Shown here one piece after another: positions 29,123-38,516 of a DNA stretch of 64,000 nucleotides. The stretch covers positions 2,304,001 to 2,368,000 of the forward strand of contig OY762825.2 in assembly GCA_963666425.2 (NCBI GenBank), written 5' to 3'. Below the pieces are notes generated by a model. The model was not told the origin of the DNA, did not search any database, and saw only the letters and a list, made by a program, of their open reading frames with translations. A program made the position numbers and the translations under genes. The DNA comes from Bacillota bacterium. Lineage in GTDB: Bacteria; Bacillota; JAAYKD01. Each line of letters begins with the position of its first letter. Within the stretch, counting starts at the first letter, position 1.

Positions 29123-29260
29123 CTAGTTTGCAGGTACTCTTCGCCGATTCCAAGGCAGGCTGCTAAAATAATAAAAATAGGTATAGGAAAACAGACTTGC
29201 AGAAGAATTGCAAGCCTTGGCAGCAACGGCAACTAAATAATCAGTCGGTAATGCGTGCAT
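29123..29260 (-). CDS. Putative Tyr/Phe-rich attenuator leader peptide (45 aa)
   Basis: Manual translation MHALPTDYLVAVAAKACNSSASLFSYTYFYYFSSLPWNRRRVPAN; AAAGGGA RBS; stop 22 nt before the terminator stem. Confidence 0.65.
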   Translation of the reverse strand: MHALPTDYLVAVAAKACNSSASLFSYTYFYYFSSLPWNRRRVPAN

Positions 29261-29625
29261 GGTGTTTCCCTTTCCGTTCCGGTGACAGGTGATTTTTTGT
29301 CAGTATAAGGCTTTGGGCAAGCGATGTCAAGAGAAAATTAAGACCTGCACCTGTCGGATTTGCAGAAGATCAAGAGAGAATGCCTAAAAACATGTTTGCC
29401 GATGCGCTAAAAACGCCGCCAAAGTGTAAGGCAGAGAAGGGGAGCGGTGCAACGGGAGCTGGCAGGCGGGCTGAAAAGAATGTTTCAAATTTGAGGAAAA
29501 CGATAGATTATTTCTTTACAAAGCAGTCGGGTTTTGTTATGATTTATCTGACAAAGCATGATTTGCCAAACGAAATGGTCTCGGGTAAGCAGAACGAGAA
29601 ACAAACAGGAGAGGGAAAGGGGCGT

Positions 29626-30969
29626 ATGCAGATGAATGTGCAGGAAATGAAAAAAGCAGCCTGTGCCGTAATCGACCGGCATGCAGAAGAATTGATCGCT
29701 CTCAATGACTCAATCTATCGGGAACCGGAGCTGGGTTACAAAGAATTCAAGACGGCGGCGAAAATGAAGGAGCAGTTGGATCGGCTGGGTTTGAAGTACG
29801 AGGATGGAGTCGCGATCACCGGCATTATTACACCGCTCAGCGGCCGCAGCCACGGGATCAATGTTGCTGTGATGGGGGAACTGGACGCTGTGCTGGTGCC
29901 GGGCCATAAATATGCCGACCCATTGACCGGTGCAGCGCATTGCTGCGGTCACTGTGCCCAGGCGGCTTCGGTGATTGGCGTGGCAGCGGCTCTGGTGGAA
30001 TCCGGCGTGATGCAGTATCTCGACGGCGATGTGACGCTAATGCATGTGCCGAGTGAAGAATTTGTCGAATTGGAATACCGCGAAAACCTGATTCAGCAAG
30101 GGAAAATTAAGCTGTTGGGCGGCAAACAGGAGTTTATTCGGTTGGGTAAGTTCGATGCGGTGGATATTGTGCTGACGCAGCATACGCTGGGAACGGAAGT
30201 GGATGCTGCCCCCGAAGGCCAGAAAGAAACGAAGCAGATTCAGATCAAAGCCAACTGCGGTGGTGCCATCGGCAAAGGTTTTGTTGGTAAAATGATTCAC
30301 TATACCGGAAAAGCCTCTCACGCGGCGCTGCCCAGTGAAGGCATCAACGCCCTGACCGCTGCCCGGCTCGGTTTTGCCGGTATGGATGCCCTGCGGGAAA
30401 CGTTCCGCGATGAGGATGGCATCCGGGTGCATCCCATCATCACCAAAGGAGGCAATCTCGTCAATGTCATCCCGGCCGATGTGCGGATTGAAACCTATGT
30501 GCGCGGGCAGAACATGCCGGCTATTCTCGATGCTTCCGAAAAAGTCGACCGCGCCTTTAAGGCCGGCGGTTATGTTATCGGCGCCAAATGTGAGATCACC
30601 CAGATCCCCGGTTATATGTGCCCCTATGAATCGCAGGAATTGAAAGATTTGGGCTTTGAAAATCTGAAAGAGATTTTCGGCGCTGACCACTGTGAGCGCG
30701 ACGGCATCGGCGCTTCCACTGACACCTATGATGTGGCGAATCTGCTGCCCACCCTGGCTTTCCATACCGGCGGAGCCAAAGGCACCTTCCACGGCGTGGA
30801 TTTTGACATCGTCCGGCTGGATTATGCCGTATTGGACGCTGCCAAGGTGATGGTTTGCACCTTGATTGATTTGCTGGCGAATGGGGCAGAAAAAGCGCAG
30901 TTTGTCAAAGAACGCTTCCAACCTGCCTTAAGCAAAGAACAGTATTTGCATGACTGGTGCAGACTATAG
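29626..30969 (+). CDS. M20 family amidohydrolase
   Basis: EPELGYKEFKT, GELDA, AHCCGH, PSEE, ASTD. Confidence 0.88.
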   Translation: MQMNVQEMKKAACAVIDRHAEELIALNDSIYREPELGYKEFKTAAKMKEQLDRLGLKYEDGVAITGIITPLSGRSHGINVAVMGELDAVLVPGHKYADPLTGAAHCCGHCAQAASVIGVAAALVESGVMQYLDGDVTLMHVPSEEFVELEYRENLIQQGKIKLLGGKQEFIRLGKFDAVDIVLTQHTLGTEVDAAPEGQKETKQIQIKANCGGAIGKGFVGKMIHYTGKASHAALPSEGINALTAARLGFAGMDALRETFRDEDGIRVHPIITKGGNLVNVIPADVRIETYVRGQNMPAILDASEKVDRAFKAGGYVIGAKCEITQIPGYMCPYESQELKDLGFENLKEIFGADHCERDGIGASTDTYDVANLLPTLAFHTGGAKGTFHGVDFDIVRLDYAVLDAAKVMVCTLIDLLANGAEKAQFVKERFQPALSKEQYLHDWCRL

Positions 30970-30978
30970 AGTGAATTA

Positions 30979-31036
30979 AAAACACGGTCGTCCCGGAGAA
31001 CGCAATTGCGCAGCTCTCCGGGACGACCGTGTTTGA
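30979..31036. terminator. Long hairpin between convergent genes
   Basis: AAACACGGTCGTCCCGGAGA...TCTCCGGGACGACCGTGTTT. Confidence 0.65.
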
Positions 31037-31049
31037 TTGCAGACCGGTT

Positions 31050-31742
31050 TTAACGCTCAGCGCGATATTGCGCCGGTGAAAGCCCGGTGGTCTTGCTGAA
31101 AGCCCGGGTGAACGCCGCATGGCTATGGTAACCCACCTGCAGCGCAATTTCCATCATCGTATAATCGGTGGAGGCGATCAGTTCCTTTGCCTTCTCGATC
31201 CTCACTCGTTTTAGGTAATTCGCCGGCGTGCAGCCGGTCTGTCGCTTGAACCATTCATTGAAGTAAGAGATATTATAATTTTCCATTTTTGCCAGCTCCG
31301 TCACGGCGATGGCTTCTTCGAAGTGTTCCTGAATATAGCGGATGGAGTTGGTGCGGTGGTTTTCAATCAGTTTGTCATAAAGGTAGTAGAAAAGATAGCG
31401 AACCGAGTTATCATTTTTCCCGCCGGAAATTTCTTCTTTGATCAACTCAATCAGCGGGATCAGCGGACCTTTGATGGGAAAAACAATCTGATTGGATAAG
31501 ATCTGCATATCTTCTTTCTTGATCATATCGTTGGGGATATTGATGGTCAGCAATTGATTCTTGCACAGGCAGCGATGCACGGTATCGGGTGGAATGAAAC
31601 CAAGCTCATTGGGCAGAATGGTATAATCGGCATCCTTGCAATGCAGATCCAGGACGCCGGCCAGGGGCAGAAAAATCTGCGCATAGGCATGGGTGTGCTG
31701 CTCGGCCGAGTCATTGAGAATATAACAGTCCAATTTATTCAT
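31050..31742 (-). CDS. AraC family transcriptional regulator (cupin + HTH)
   Basis: HTHAYAQ cupin, YFNEWFKRQTG, EIALQVGY..FTRAF. Confidence 0.88.
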   Translation of the reverse strand: MNKLDCYILNDSAEQHTHAYAQIFLPLAGVLDLHCKDADYTILPNELGFIPPDTVHRCLCKNQLLTINIPNDMIKKEDMQILSNQIVFPIKGPLIPLIELIKEEISGGKNDNSVRYLFYYLYDKLIENHRTNSIRYIQEHFEEAIAVTELAKMENYNISYFNEWFKRQTGCTPANYLKRVRIEKAKELIASTDYTMMEIALQVGYHSHAAFTRAFSKTTGLSPAQYRAER

Positions 31743-31877
31743 GCTGCCGCCGCCCTTCCTCGTTTGCTGCGGATTTATTTCTCGTTTTGCCGTGGTTTTT
31801 CCTCTGTTTAGAAAAAAAGCGGCGCCGGTACATAAAAAAACCGCCGAAGCGGATTGCTTGGTGGTTTTAATTGACAA

Positions 31878-31953
31878 TGGTGGCGGAAGTCGGAATCGAA
31901 CCAACGACACAGCGGGTATGAACCGCTTGCTCTGCCAGCTGAGCTACTCCGCC
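31878..31953 (-). tRNA. tRNA-Met (CAT), elongator type
   Basis: GGCGGAGTAGCTCAGCTGG..TTCATAC loop..GTTCGATTC..CCA, 76 nt. Confidence 0.92.
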
Positions 31954-31960
31954 AAAAGAA

Positions 31961-32037
<77 letters not shown>

Positions 32038-32195
32038 ATATCCTGTCGACTAATCAACTGACTTCGGTAGTATACATGAAAATAAGTTCTTTGTCAAGAG
32101 GGAACAGAAAATAAAGCGAAACCCTGAAATAAAACACGTAATTTTCTCTTTACAAGTGTTTCAAATTATGTTAGTATACATCGTGTTCCAGTTAT

Positions 32196-32271
32196 GGGTC
32201 ATTAGCTCAGCTGGTAGAGCAGCTGACTCTTAATCAGCCTGTCCGGGGTTCGAATCCCTGATGGCCCACCA
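32196..32271 (+). tRNA. tRNA-Lys (CTT)
   Basis: GGGTCATTAGCTCAG..CTCTTAA loop..GTTCGAATCC..CCA, 76 nt. Confidence 0.94.
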
Positions 32272-32284
32272 TAGCATTTAGTAT

Positions 32285-32312
32285 ACGAACTCCTTCACCG
32301 GAGTTCGTTTTG
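32285..32312 (+). terminator. tRNA-Lys terminator
   Basis: ACGAACTCC-TTCACC-GGAGTTCGT followed by TTT. Confidence 0.7.
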
Positions 32313-32313
32313 C

Positions 32314-32375
32314 TGTACCAAGGGGACGGGGGTATTGGCACAAAGTTGTGCCAATACCCCCGTCCCCTTGGTACA
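32314..32375. repeat. Palindromic REP/REPIN-like element, copy 1
   Basis: TGTACCAAGGGGACGGGGGTATTGGCACAA-AG-TTGTGCCAATACCCCCGTCCCCTTGGTACA; perfect 30-bp arms. Confidence 0.95.
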
Positions 32376-32496
32376 TGCAGATGGCAGCATCTCCGGCATC
32401 GGCAGCAAAAAGCAAACAACCTTGCAGCGTCTTCTGGTAGATTGCCGAGCGGAAAAGATTGATCAGGTGATCAGCACCTCCCTTTTTACACGATGA
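32374..32496 (+). pseudogene. Fragment of a serine recombinase catalytic domain
   Basis: Manual translation HADGSISGIGSKKQTTLQRLLVDCRAEKIDQVISTS resembles the resolvase-domain pattern YADEGISG..KR..FQR...DC..GKID.I.TKS. Confidence 0.6.
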
Positions 32497-32799
32497 CGAA
32501 GAAAAGGCCCCCTTTTACACACTATAATAGATCATTAGATAATTATAATAAAAATTAGTTAAAAAATATGATAATTATTATAATAATTATCATATAAAAT
32601 GTGAAAACTGTGTTAAGATGAAATAGAGAGTCTAGAAAAATATCAGTAATTAGTAGAATGATGATCTTAGCGAAGGTAATGAACGCAATGATTTTTTCGT
32701 TTAAGAGTATTTCCTTGGACAGTAAAGAAGTTTAGATAAGTACATCTATAATTGAAAACTTTTTTGATAATAGTATAACTCTGATTGATTGGAGATAAG

Positions 32800-34401
32800 A
32801 TGATGAAAAAAAATAATGGAAACGAAAACCGAGCCAGAGAATTAGTGACAAAAGAAATTCAAGAAGAAAAAGTAAATAAGGAGTGGGAATATAATCGCAA
32901 CTTGCTGGAAACAAACATTGACTCTCTCGTTACGATAGGATCGGATGGTATCATAACTGATGTCAATTCTGCAACCGAAAAGGTTACAGGACTTTCCAGA
33001 GAAAAGATTATCGGCACGGACTTTTCAAAATACTTTACCGATCCTGATAAGGCTCGTATCGGATATAAACAAGTTTTTGATGTTGGTAAGGTCGTCGATT
33101 ATGAACTGTATCTCAAACATATTAGTGGAGCAGTCATTCCTGTTTTATATAATGCCTCCGTCTATAAAGACGATGCAGGTGAAATAATGGGAGTGCTTGC
33201 TGTTGCAAGGGATATTTCCACCATAAAAAAACATGAAGAAGAGCTTATTAATTTTGAAAATAATCTTGAATTAAGCGTTCAACAAAAAACAGCAGAGCTA
33301 ATCGTCGCAAATAAAGAACTTATTTTTCAAAATGACGAAAAGGATAAAAGAGCAGCAGAGCTAGTCCTAGCAAATAAAGAACTCATCTTTCAAATCGGAG
33401 AGAAAGCAGACAGAGCGGCCGAACTAGTGATTGCCGATAAAGAACTGGCTTTTCAAATTGGTGAGAAAGCAGACCGCGCAGCAGAGTTGATTATTGCAAA
33501 TCGAGAGCTTATTCATCAAAATGAAGAAAAAGATAAACGAGCAGCAGAGTTAATCATAGCAAATAAAGAACTTATTTTTCAAAACGCAGAGAAGGAGAAG
33601 CGAGCAAGGGAGCTAGACTTTGCCAATAAAGAGCTTTTCATTGAACGGAAAAAAATAGAAGAACTCAACAACCAATTGGAAACTCGCGTCGCGGAGAGAA
33701 CGGCTCAACTTGAATCTGTGAATAAAGAGTTAGAGGAGCTTTCTTATTCCATATCTCATGATCTGAAAGCGCCTTTAAGATATATCACAGGATACATTTC
33801 GTTATTAATGAAAAAACACATGAACCTGCTTCCTGAAGAAGGTCGTCGTTATCTTGACAACATTTCTTCTTCCGCTATCAACATGGGAGAATTGATTGAT
33901 GGATTGCTTCGATTTTCAAGAACCGGAAGAATAGAAATGAACCAAAAGCTGCTCGATATGAATGAAGTAGTGGATGCCTTGATTCAATCCAATAAAGAAC
34001 AGGATCAACAACACAGAATAGAATTCCATATTAGCCACTTGCCGCCTGCTTTCGGTGACCTTGAAATGATCAATTCAATCTGGAATAACCTGATTGAAAA
34101 CGCAATCAAATTTTCCAGGAAAAAGGAGCTTGCGAAAATATCCATTGGCGCAGAGACAAACGAGACTGAAGTTATTTACTATATCAAGGATAATGGGGTA
34201 GGTTTCGATATGAACTACGCAGCAAGATTATTTACAGCTTTTCAACGTTTGCACGGTCGTGAGGATTTCGAGGGTACCGGGATAGGCCTTGCTACAGTCA
34301 AAAAAATGATAACAAGACACGGCGGGAGAATTTGGGCTGAAGGTAAAGTCGGAGAAGGTGCAGCCTTCTACTTCACTTTAATCAAAACAGAGGGGGAATA
34401 A
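32800..34401 (+). CDS. PAS-domain sensor histidine kinase with 21-aa tandem repeat linker
   Basis: PAS domain, SHDLKAPLR H-box, NLIENAIKF, DNGVGF, GTGIGL; ELxxANKELxFQNxEKxKRAA repeats. Confidence 0.93.
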   Translation: MMKKNNGNENRARELVTKEIQEEKVNKEWEYNRNLLETNIDSLVTIGSDGIITDVNSATEKVTGLSREKIIGTDFSKYFTDPDKARIGYKQVFDVGKVVDYELYLKHISGAVIPVLYNASVYKDDAGEIMGVLAVARDISTIKKHEEELINFENNLELSVQQKTAELIVANKELIFQNDEKDKRAAELVLANKELIFQIGEKADRAAELVIADKELAFQIGEKADRAAELIIANRELIHQNEEKDKRAAELIIANKELIFQNAEKEKRARELDFANKELFIERKKIEELNNQLETRVAERTAQLESVNKELEELSYSISHDLKAPLRYITGYISLLMKKHMNLLPEEGRRYLDNISSSAINMGELIDGLLRFSRTGRIEMNQKLLDMNEVVDALIQSNKEQDQQHRIEFHISHLPPAFGDLEMINSIWNNLIENAIKFSRKKELAKISIGAETNETEVIYYIKDNGVGFDMNYAARLFTAFQRLHGREDFEGTGIGLATVKKMITRHGGRIWAEGKVGEGAAFYFTLIKTEGE

Positions 34402-34405
34402 AAGA

Positions 34406-34840
34406 ATGGTAATGAAAGCTATTCTCTATGTCGAGGACAACCCGTTGGATATTGATCTGACTTTGGAAGCATTCAAAGAGAATAAAATTGCAAATCCAAT
34501 CGTTGTGGTGCATGATGGTATAGAAGCATTGGAGTATTTAAGGCGTGAAGGCCCGTTTCAAGATAGAAAAACAAAAAACCCCAGTATGATTCTTTTGGAT
34601 TTGAAAATGCCAAGAATGAATGGGTTGGAATTCCTGGCAATTGTAAAAAAAGATAAGAAATTCAAAAGAATTCCTATTATTATGCTTACTTCCTCACGGG
34701 AGGAAACGGATTTAATAAAAGGGTATGACCTAGGGATCAATGCCTATATTGTCAAACCGGTTAATTTTGATTCTTTAATAGATATAGTAAAACAGATGGT
34801 AGACTTTTGGTTGATTATCAACGAATTACCCACAGAATGA
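34406..34840 (+). CDS. Single-domain response regulator (Rcp1/CheY-like)
   Basis: VEDNP, LLDLKMPRMNG, LTSS, YIVKP. Confidence 0.93.
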   Translation: MVMKAILYVEDNPLDIDLTLEAFKENKIANPIVVVHDGIEALEYLRREGPFQDRKTKNPSMILLDLKMPRMNGLEFLAIVKKDKKFKRIPIIMLTSSREETDLIKGYDLGINAYIVKPVNFDSLIDIVKQMVDFWLIINELPTE

Positions 34841-34850
34841 AAGGGAACTT

Positions 34851-35669
34851 ATGACTATTGTAAATGAAAAAGGATATCCATTACGCATCCTGTCTCTGGA
34901 AGACTCTCCTATGGATGCTGAACTGATTAAAGAGTATTTAATTGAAAATTTCGGATCCGAAATCGAATTCAAAGTGGTCGCAAATGAAGCGGATTTTATT
35001 TCAGCGATATCTCTAGATAAATATGACCTGATTTTAGCGGACTTCATTTTACCCGGATTTAACGGCTTCGCGGCATTGGCGCATACAAAATCGATCTGCC
35101 CATCCACGCCGTTTTTATGTGTATCCGGATTCATAGGAGAAGAAGCTGCCGTGGAACTTTTGAAGCAAGGCGCGACGGATTATATTTTGAAGGGCGGGTT
35201 GGGGCGTCTGAAATATTCTATGGAAAGAGCGCTCAAGGAATCAAAAGAAAATGAAGAAAAAGAAAAGCGAGCCGCAGAGTTAATCATAGCTAATAAAGAA
35301 CTTGTTTTCCAGAACGATGAAAAAGATAAAAGAGCAGCCGAGTTAGTCATAGCTAATAAAGAACTCGTTTTTCAAAACAAAGAGAAAGAGAAGCGTGCAT
35401 CTGAATTAATTGTTGCGAATAAAGAGCTTGCCTTTCAAAATAAAGAAAAGGATAAAAGAGCAGCCGAACTAGCCATTGCCGATAAAGAGCTTGTTTTTCA
35501 GACCGGAGAGAAGGCAGACAGAGCAACAGAGCTAATCCTTATCATTAAAGAGCTTGCTCTTAAAAATGAAGAGATTTCGCGCATTAAATACAACAATTTT
35601 TTAACGGAAATTCATAATGGAAATTACTTGGCAAATGAGAAAAAGCGACTTGAAGCCCCAAGAAAATAA
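34851..35669 (+). CDS. Receiver-domain protein with 21-aa repeats, probably truncated before an output domain
   Basis: LEDSPMD, LADFILPGFNG, GATDYILK; repeats; ends 15 bp before palindrome copy 2. Confidence 0.8.
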   Translation: MTIVNEKGYPLRILSLEDSPMDAELIKEYLIENFGSEIEFKVVANEADFISAISLDKYDLILADFILPGFNGFAALAHTKSICPSTPFLCVSGFIGEEAAVELLKQGATDYILKGGLGRLKYSMERALKESKENEEKEKRAAELIIANKELVFQNDEKDKRAAELVIANKELVFQNKEKEKRASELIVANKELAFQNKEKDKRAAELAIADKELVFQTGEKADRATELILIIKELALKNEEISRIKYNNFLTEIHNGNYLANEKKRLEAPRK

Positions 35670-35684
35670 CCTAAGTGCTTGGAG

Positions 35685-35738
35685 CCAAGGGGACGGGGGT
35701 GTTGGCACAACGTTGTGCCAACACCCCCGTCCCCTTGG
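35685..35738. repeat. Palindromic element, copy 2
   Basis: CCAAGGGGACGGGGGTGTTGGCACAAC-GTTGTGCCAACACCCCCGTCCCCTTGG; perfect 54-bp palindrome followed by TACAC. Confidence 0.95.
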
Positions 35739-35893
35739 TACACTTATTTAATGGATGATAGGCTGGTGGCGGTGCTTTCTTGTGTGGAAATATAAAAAGG
35801 GCTATCTCATCATGAATCCGAATTTGATGAGGTAGTCCCTAATTCTGAAGTTATACTTTGGTGATTTGCCTATTATGCTTGACGGAGGCGGTT

Positions 35894-36714
35894 TTAGTAA
35901 CCTTTTACCTCTAGGACAACTTCCTTTTCTGTATTTTCTTCTTTAATTAGAACGGGAAGTGGTTTTGGTTGGCTTCTGATCATTTTATCTACTTTCTTCT
36001 TAGCTTCAAGTGCTTTCTCACCATCAAAGACTTCTCTTTTTATAATCTCATCGACAAGGATTTGTTTTATTTCATCGTTTGATATTTTCGCTTCTGAAGA
36101 TAGCTTCTTGAGTTGTTTTCTTAGCGTGTCAAGAACCATCTCAGAAAGAAGTAATTGGCCGATGGTAAAGCGATTTACTAGTTGCTTTTGAATATGATAG
36201 TCGTCTAGTGACGCTTTACTTGATTTAGCCATACTTTCTTTTGTTAAGTAATATAATAATTCGAGATCACTTTGCCTTTTAGTATTAATTTTGGTAAAAT
36301 CAAATTCGTATACTAATTCTAGGTTAATTGGCCTGCTGAAAGTAATTTTGTAAACTCTCCACTCTACACCATTGGTAAGGATAATCCAATCTATGCCGGA
36401 ATTCGAACCATAATCTGCTGCTTGTTTAGTGTGCTGCTCCTTGAGTATCATTCCAGCTGCTTTCACTTCGATGATAAGTCGGATATCTCCATCCAGTTTG
36501 ATTGCTAAATCGCAGAAGGTATGTTTGATTGATAGCTCGGAAGTAATTTCGTCAAACTTGTCATAGCCAAAAATCTGACGGTCAATACATCGTTTATTAT
36601 AACAACTGTATCGCTTTCATTGATATCTCGATCTCTGGCTTTTGTCAAAATAGGTTGAAATTTCTTAACCCCTGTTGTCAATCGATCTTTTACTTTTACC
36701 GGTATGTTAATCAC
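35894..36714 (-). pseudogene. HsdR N-terminal-like (PD-(D/E)xK) restriction nuclease domain protein, frameshifted
   Basis: GTG start with AAGGAGG RBS; INESDTV, then after a frameshift near 36578 IFGYDK..CDLAIK..IIEVKA, QAADY, WIILTNG.EW. Confidence 0.7.
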
Positions 36715-36841
36715 TTGATCCCTCCTTGTCAAAATAGAAATCGAATTGTAGTTATAAAATCCATTCTATGACAAATGATTAATATCCTTCAAAAATAGTT
36801 TTATTCTGTTTCTAAATGTTGAGATTTTTCAGAGATAAAAA

Positions 36842-36900
36842 TACCAAGGGGACGGGGGTGTTGGCTCAAACGCTGTGCCAACACCCCCGTCCCCCTGGTA
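36842..36900. repeat. Palindromic element, copy 3 (slightly degenerate)
   Basis: TACCAAGGGGACGGGGGTGTTGGC-TCAAACGCTGT-GCCAACACCCCCGTCCCCCTGGTA. Confidence 0.92.
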
Positions 36901-36902
36901 CA

Positions 36903-37508
36903 CTAGAAGCAAATATACAGCACGATAAGACACAGCAAAAAAGCAAGTACTGCGGAGAACGCTCCTAAAAGCAGCTCTGTTAACGTATGACGTTTCAGCG
37001 TCAGTGAAGACCACAGGATGGCTCCAAAAAGCAACAGACAAGGAATGATGGTCTTGTTGCCGATAAAGTATACCGTCAGCAGCAACAGACCCGTTACGCT
37101 GCAGGCGTGACCGCTTGCTCTTACCCCCACCACCCGATTAAAAAGGGTCAGTATCAATACCGAAGCAAGATAAACCAGAAAGATAAAGAGCAGTTTTTTA
37201 CTCACTCCGGCGATGATACCAGAGAGCACGGCACCGGTATAGCCAACAAAACTGAGTATGAATGCCAAGTTCCGCTGCCCGTTTTTCCCCTTGGCTTTGC
37301 AGCGGGGAGAAAAGTGGGAAAACGGATATGCCAGCAGGGGTATGACTGTGAGAAAAAAAACAGACAGCAACAGCTCACTCAAACCGGTAAAAATGCCCTT
37401 GTTATGAAAGAACAAAAACAGTAGCAGTGCCAGAATCATCAGCGGCGGCACCGTGATGACGCGGATTGCCTGGGCTGCTTTTTCTCGCCTAGTCATTGCG
37501 GGCGTCAC
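36903..37508 (-). CDS. Multi-pass membrane protein (PAP2-like C-terminus)
   Basis: Several TM helices, ASGHAC and LKRHT motifs; overlaps the degV-family stop. Confidence 0.65.
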   Translation of the reverse strand: MTPAMTRREKAAQAIRVITVPPLMILALLLFLFFHNKGIFTGLSELLLSVFFLTVIPLLAYPFSHFSPRCKAKGKNGQRNLAFILSFVGYTGAVLSGIIAGVSKKLLFIFLVYLASVLILTLFNRVVGVRASGHACSVTGLLLLTVYFIGNKTIIPCLLLFGAILWSSLTLKRHTLTELLLGAFSAVLAFLLCLIVLYICF

Positions 37509-38376
37509 CCCAGAAGAATAGTGCTACCGTACCTGGTCCGGTGTGGCTGCCAATCGTCGTGCCAACGGGGTTGATTTCCACTGAGCCGTTCAGGTTTTTG
37601 AAGCGTTTTTCCACAAGGTCGGCGACAGTACGAGCGTCTTCATAGCAGCCGGCATTTGAAATATAACACTTACCGGCGTATGACAGCCCTCCCTGCGCGT
37701 GTTCCGCCATGCGATCCACGATCTCCTTGATCACACGTTTTTTGCTGCGCACTTTTTTTCGGGGTATCAGTTTGCCGTTACAATCCATATTAAGCAAAGG
37801 GCAGATGTCAAGCAAGCTGCCAACGAAGCCGGCTGCTTTTGAAATACGGCCACCCTTTATGTAATATTCCAACGTGGTGGAAAAGAACCAATGGTGCATC
37901 TCCAATTTATGTTCTTCTATCCAAGCATACAGGCTATCCAGATCCATCCCGGCAGCTCTTTTTTCAGCCAGTGTATCCATAATCAGCCCGTATCCGGAAG
38001 AGGCTCCCAGCGAATCCACGATGTAAACTTTACGCTGTGGAAAGCGCTCCTGCAAAATGCCCTTGGCAATGTGCGCCGAGTTGATCACGCCCGTCAATCC
38101 CGACGAGAGACAGACGTGCAGAATATCACGTCCTTCTTCGAGAAAAGGGGTGAAATAGGCAACAAACTCGTCCACATTTACCTGGGATGTTACCGTTACA
38201 ACACCTCTTGCCATAGCCCTGTAAAAATCGTCAAAAGAAATCGAGTTTCCCAAATCATCCAAATACTGCTTCCCATCCAAAGAAAAGTGAAAGCAAACAT
38301 AATGAATATCCTTTTTGGCAAAATGCTCGGCACTCAAATCTGTGGTTGAACAGCAACTTAAGATATAGTTTTGCAT
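37489..38376 (-). CDS. DegV family fatty-acid binding protein
   Basis: TSQVN, LSSGLTG, DSLGASSG, GGRIS, IGSHTGPG. Confidence 0.92.
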   Translation of the reverse strand: MQNYILSCCSTTDLSAEHFAKKDIHYVCFHFSLDGKQYLDDLGNSISFDDFYRAMARGVVTVTSQVNVDEFVAYFTPFLEEGRDILHVCLSSGLTGVINSAHIAKGILQERFPQRKVYIVDSLGASSGYGLIMDTLAEKRAAGMDLDSLYAWIEEHKLEMHHWFFSTTLEYYIKGGRISKAAGFVGSLLDICPLLNMDCNGKLIPRKKVRSKKRVIKEIVDRMAEHAQGGLSYAGKCYISNAGCYEDARTVADLVEKRFKNLNGSVEINPVGTTIGSHTGPGTVALFFWGDARND

Positions 38377-38516
38377 AAATGACCTCCAAATATAACTTAC
38401 AATTTGACAGCTAACTTAACACATGGTAAAATTATAGCACTTATAAAAAAGCGATACAATTTACACAAATGGATATTTGTTAGATACCTATACAGAAACG
38501 GCGGAGTGTATAATCA

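Noticed and set aside
29000-29340. T-box riboswitch before the ABC transporter
   Set aside because: No recognisable T-box (GGTGGxACC) motif or specifier stem on the minus strand; a leader peptide explains the region better
30979-31036. GTCCC-containing hairpin as another copy of the island palindrome
   Set aside because: Only a short core is shared; its position between convergent genes fits an ordinary terminator
36829-37041. Short ORFs ending in PTPPSPWY or containing VPRGRG (also at 32234-32419 and the tail of 41358-41711)
   Set aside because: These are translations of the palindromic repeat, not a protein family
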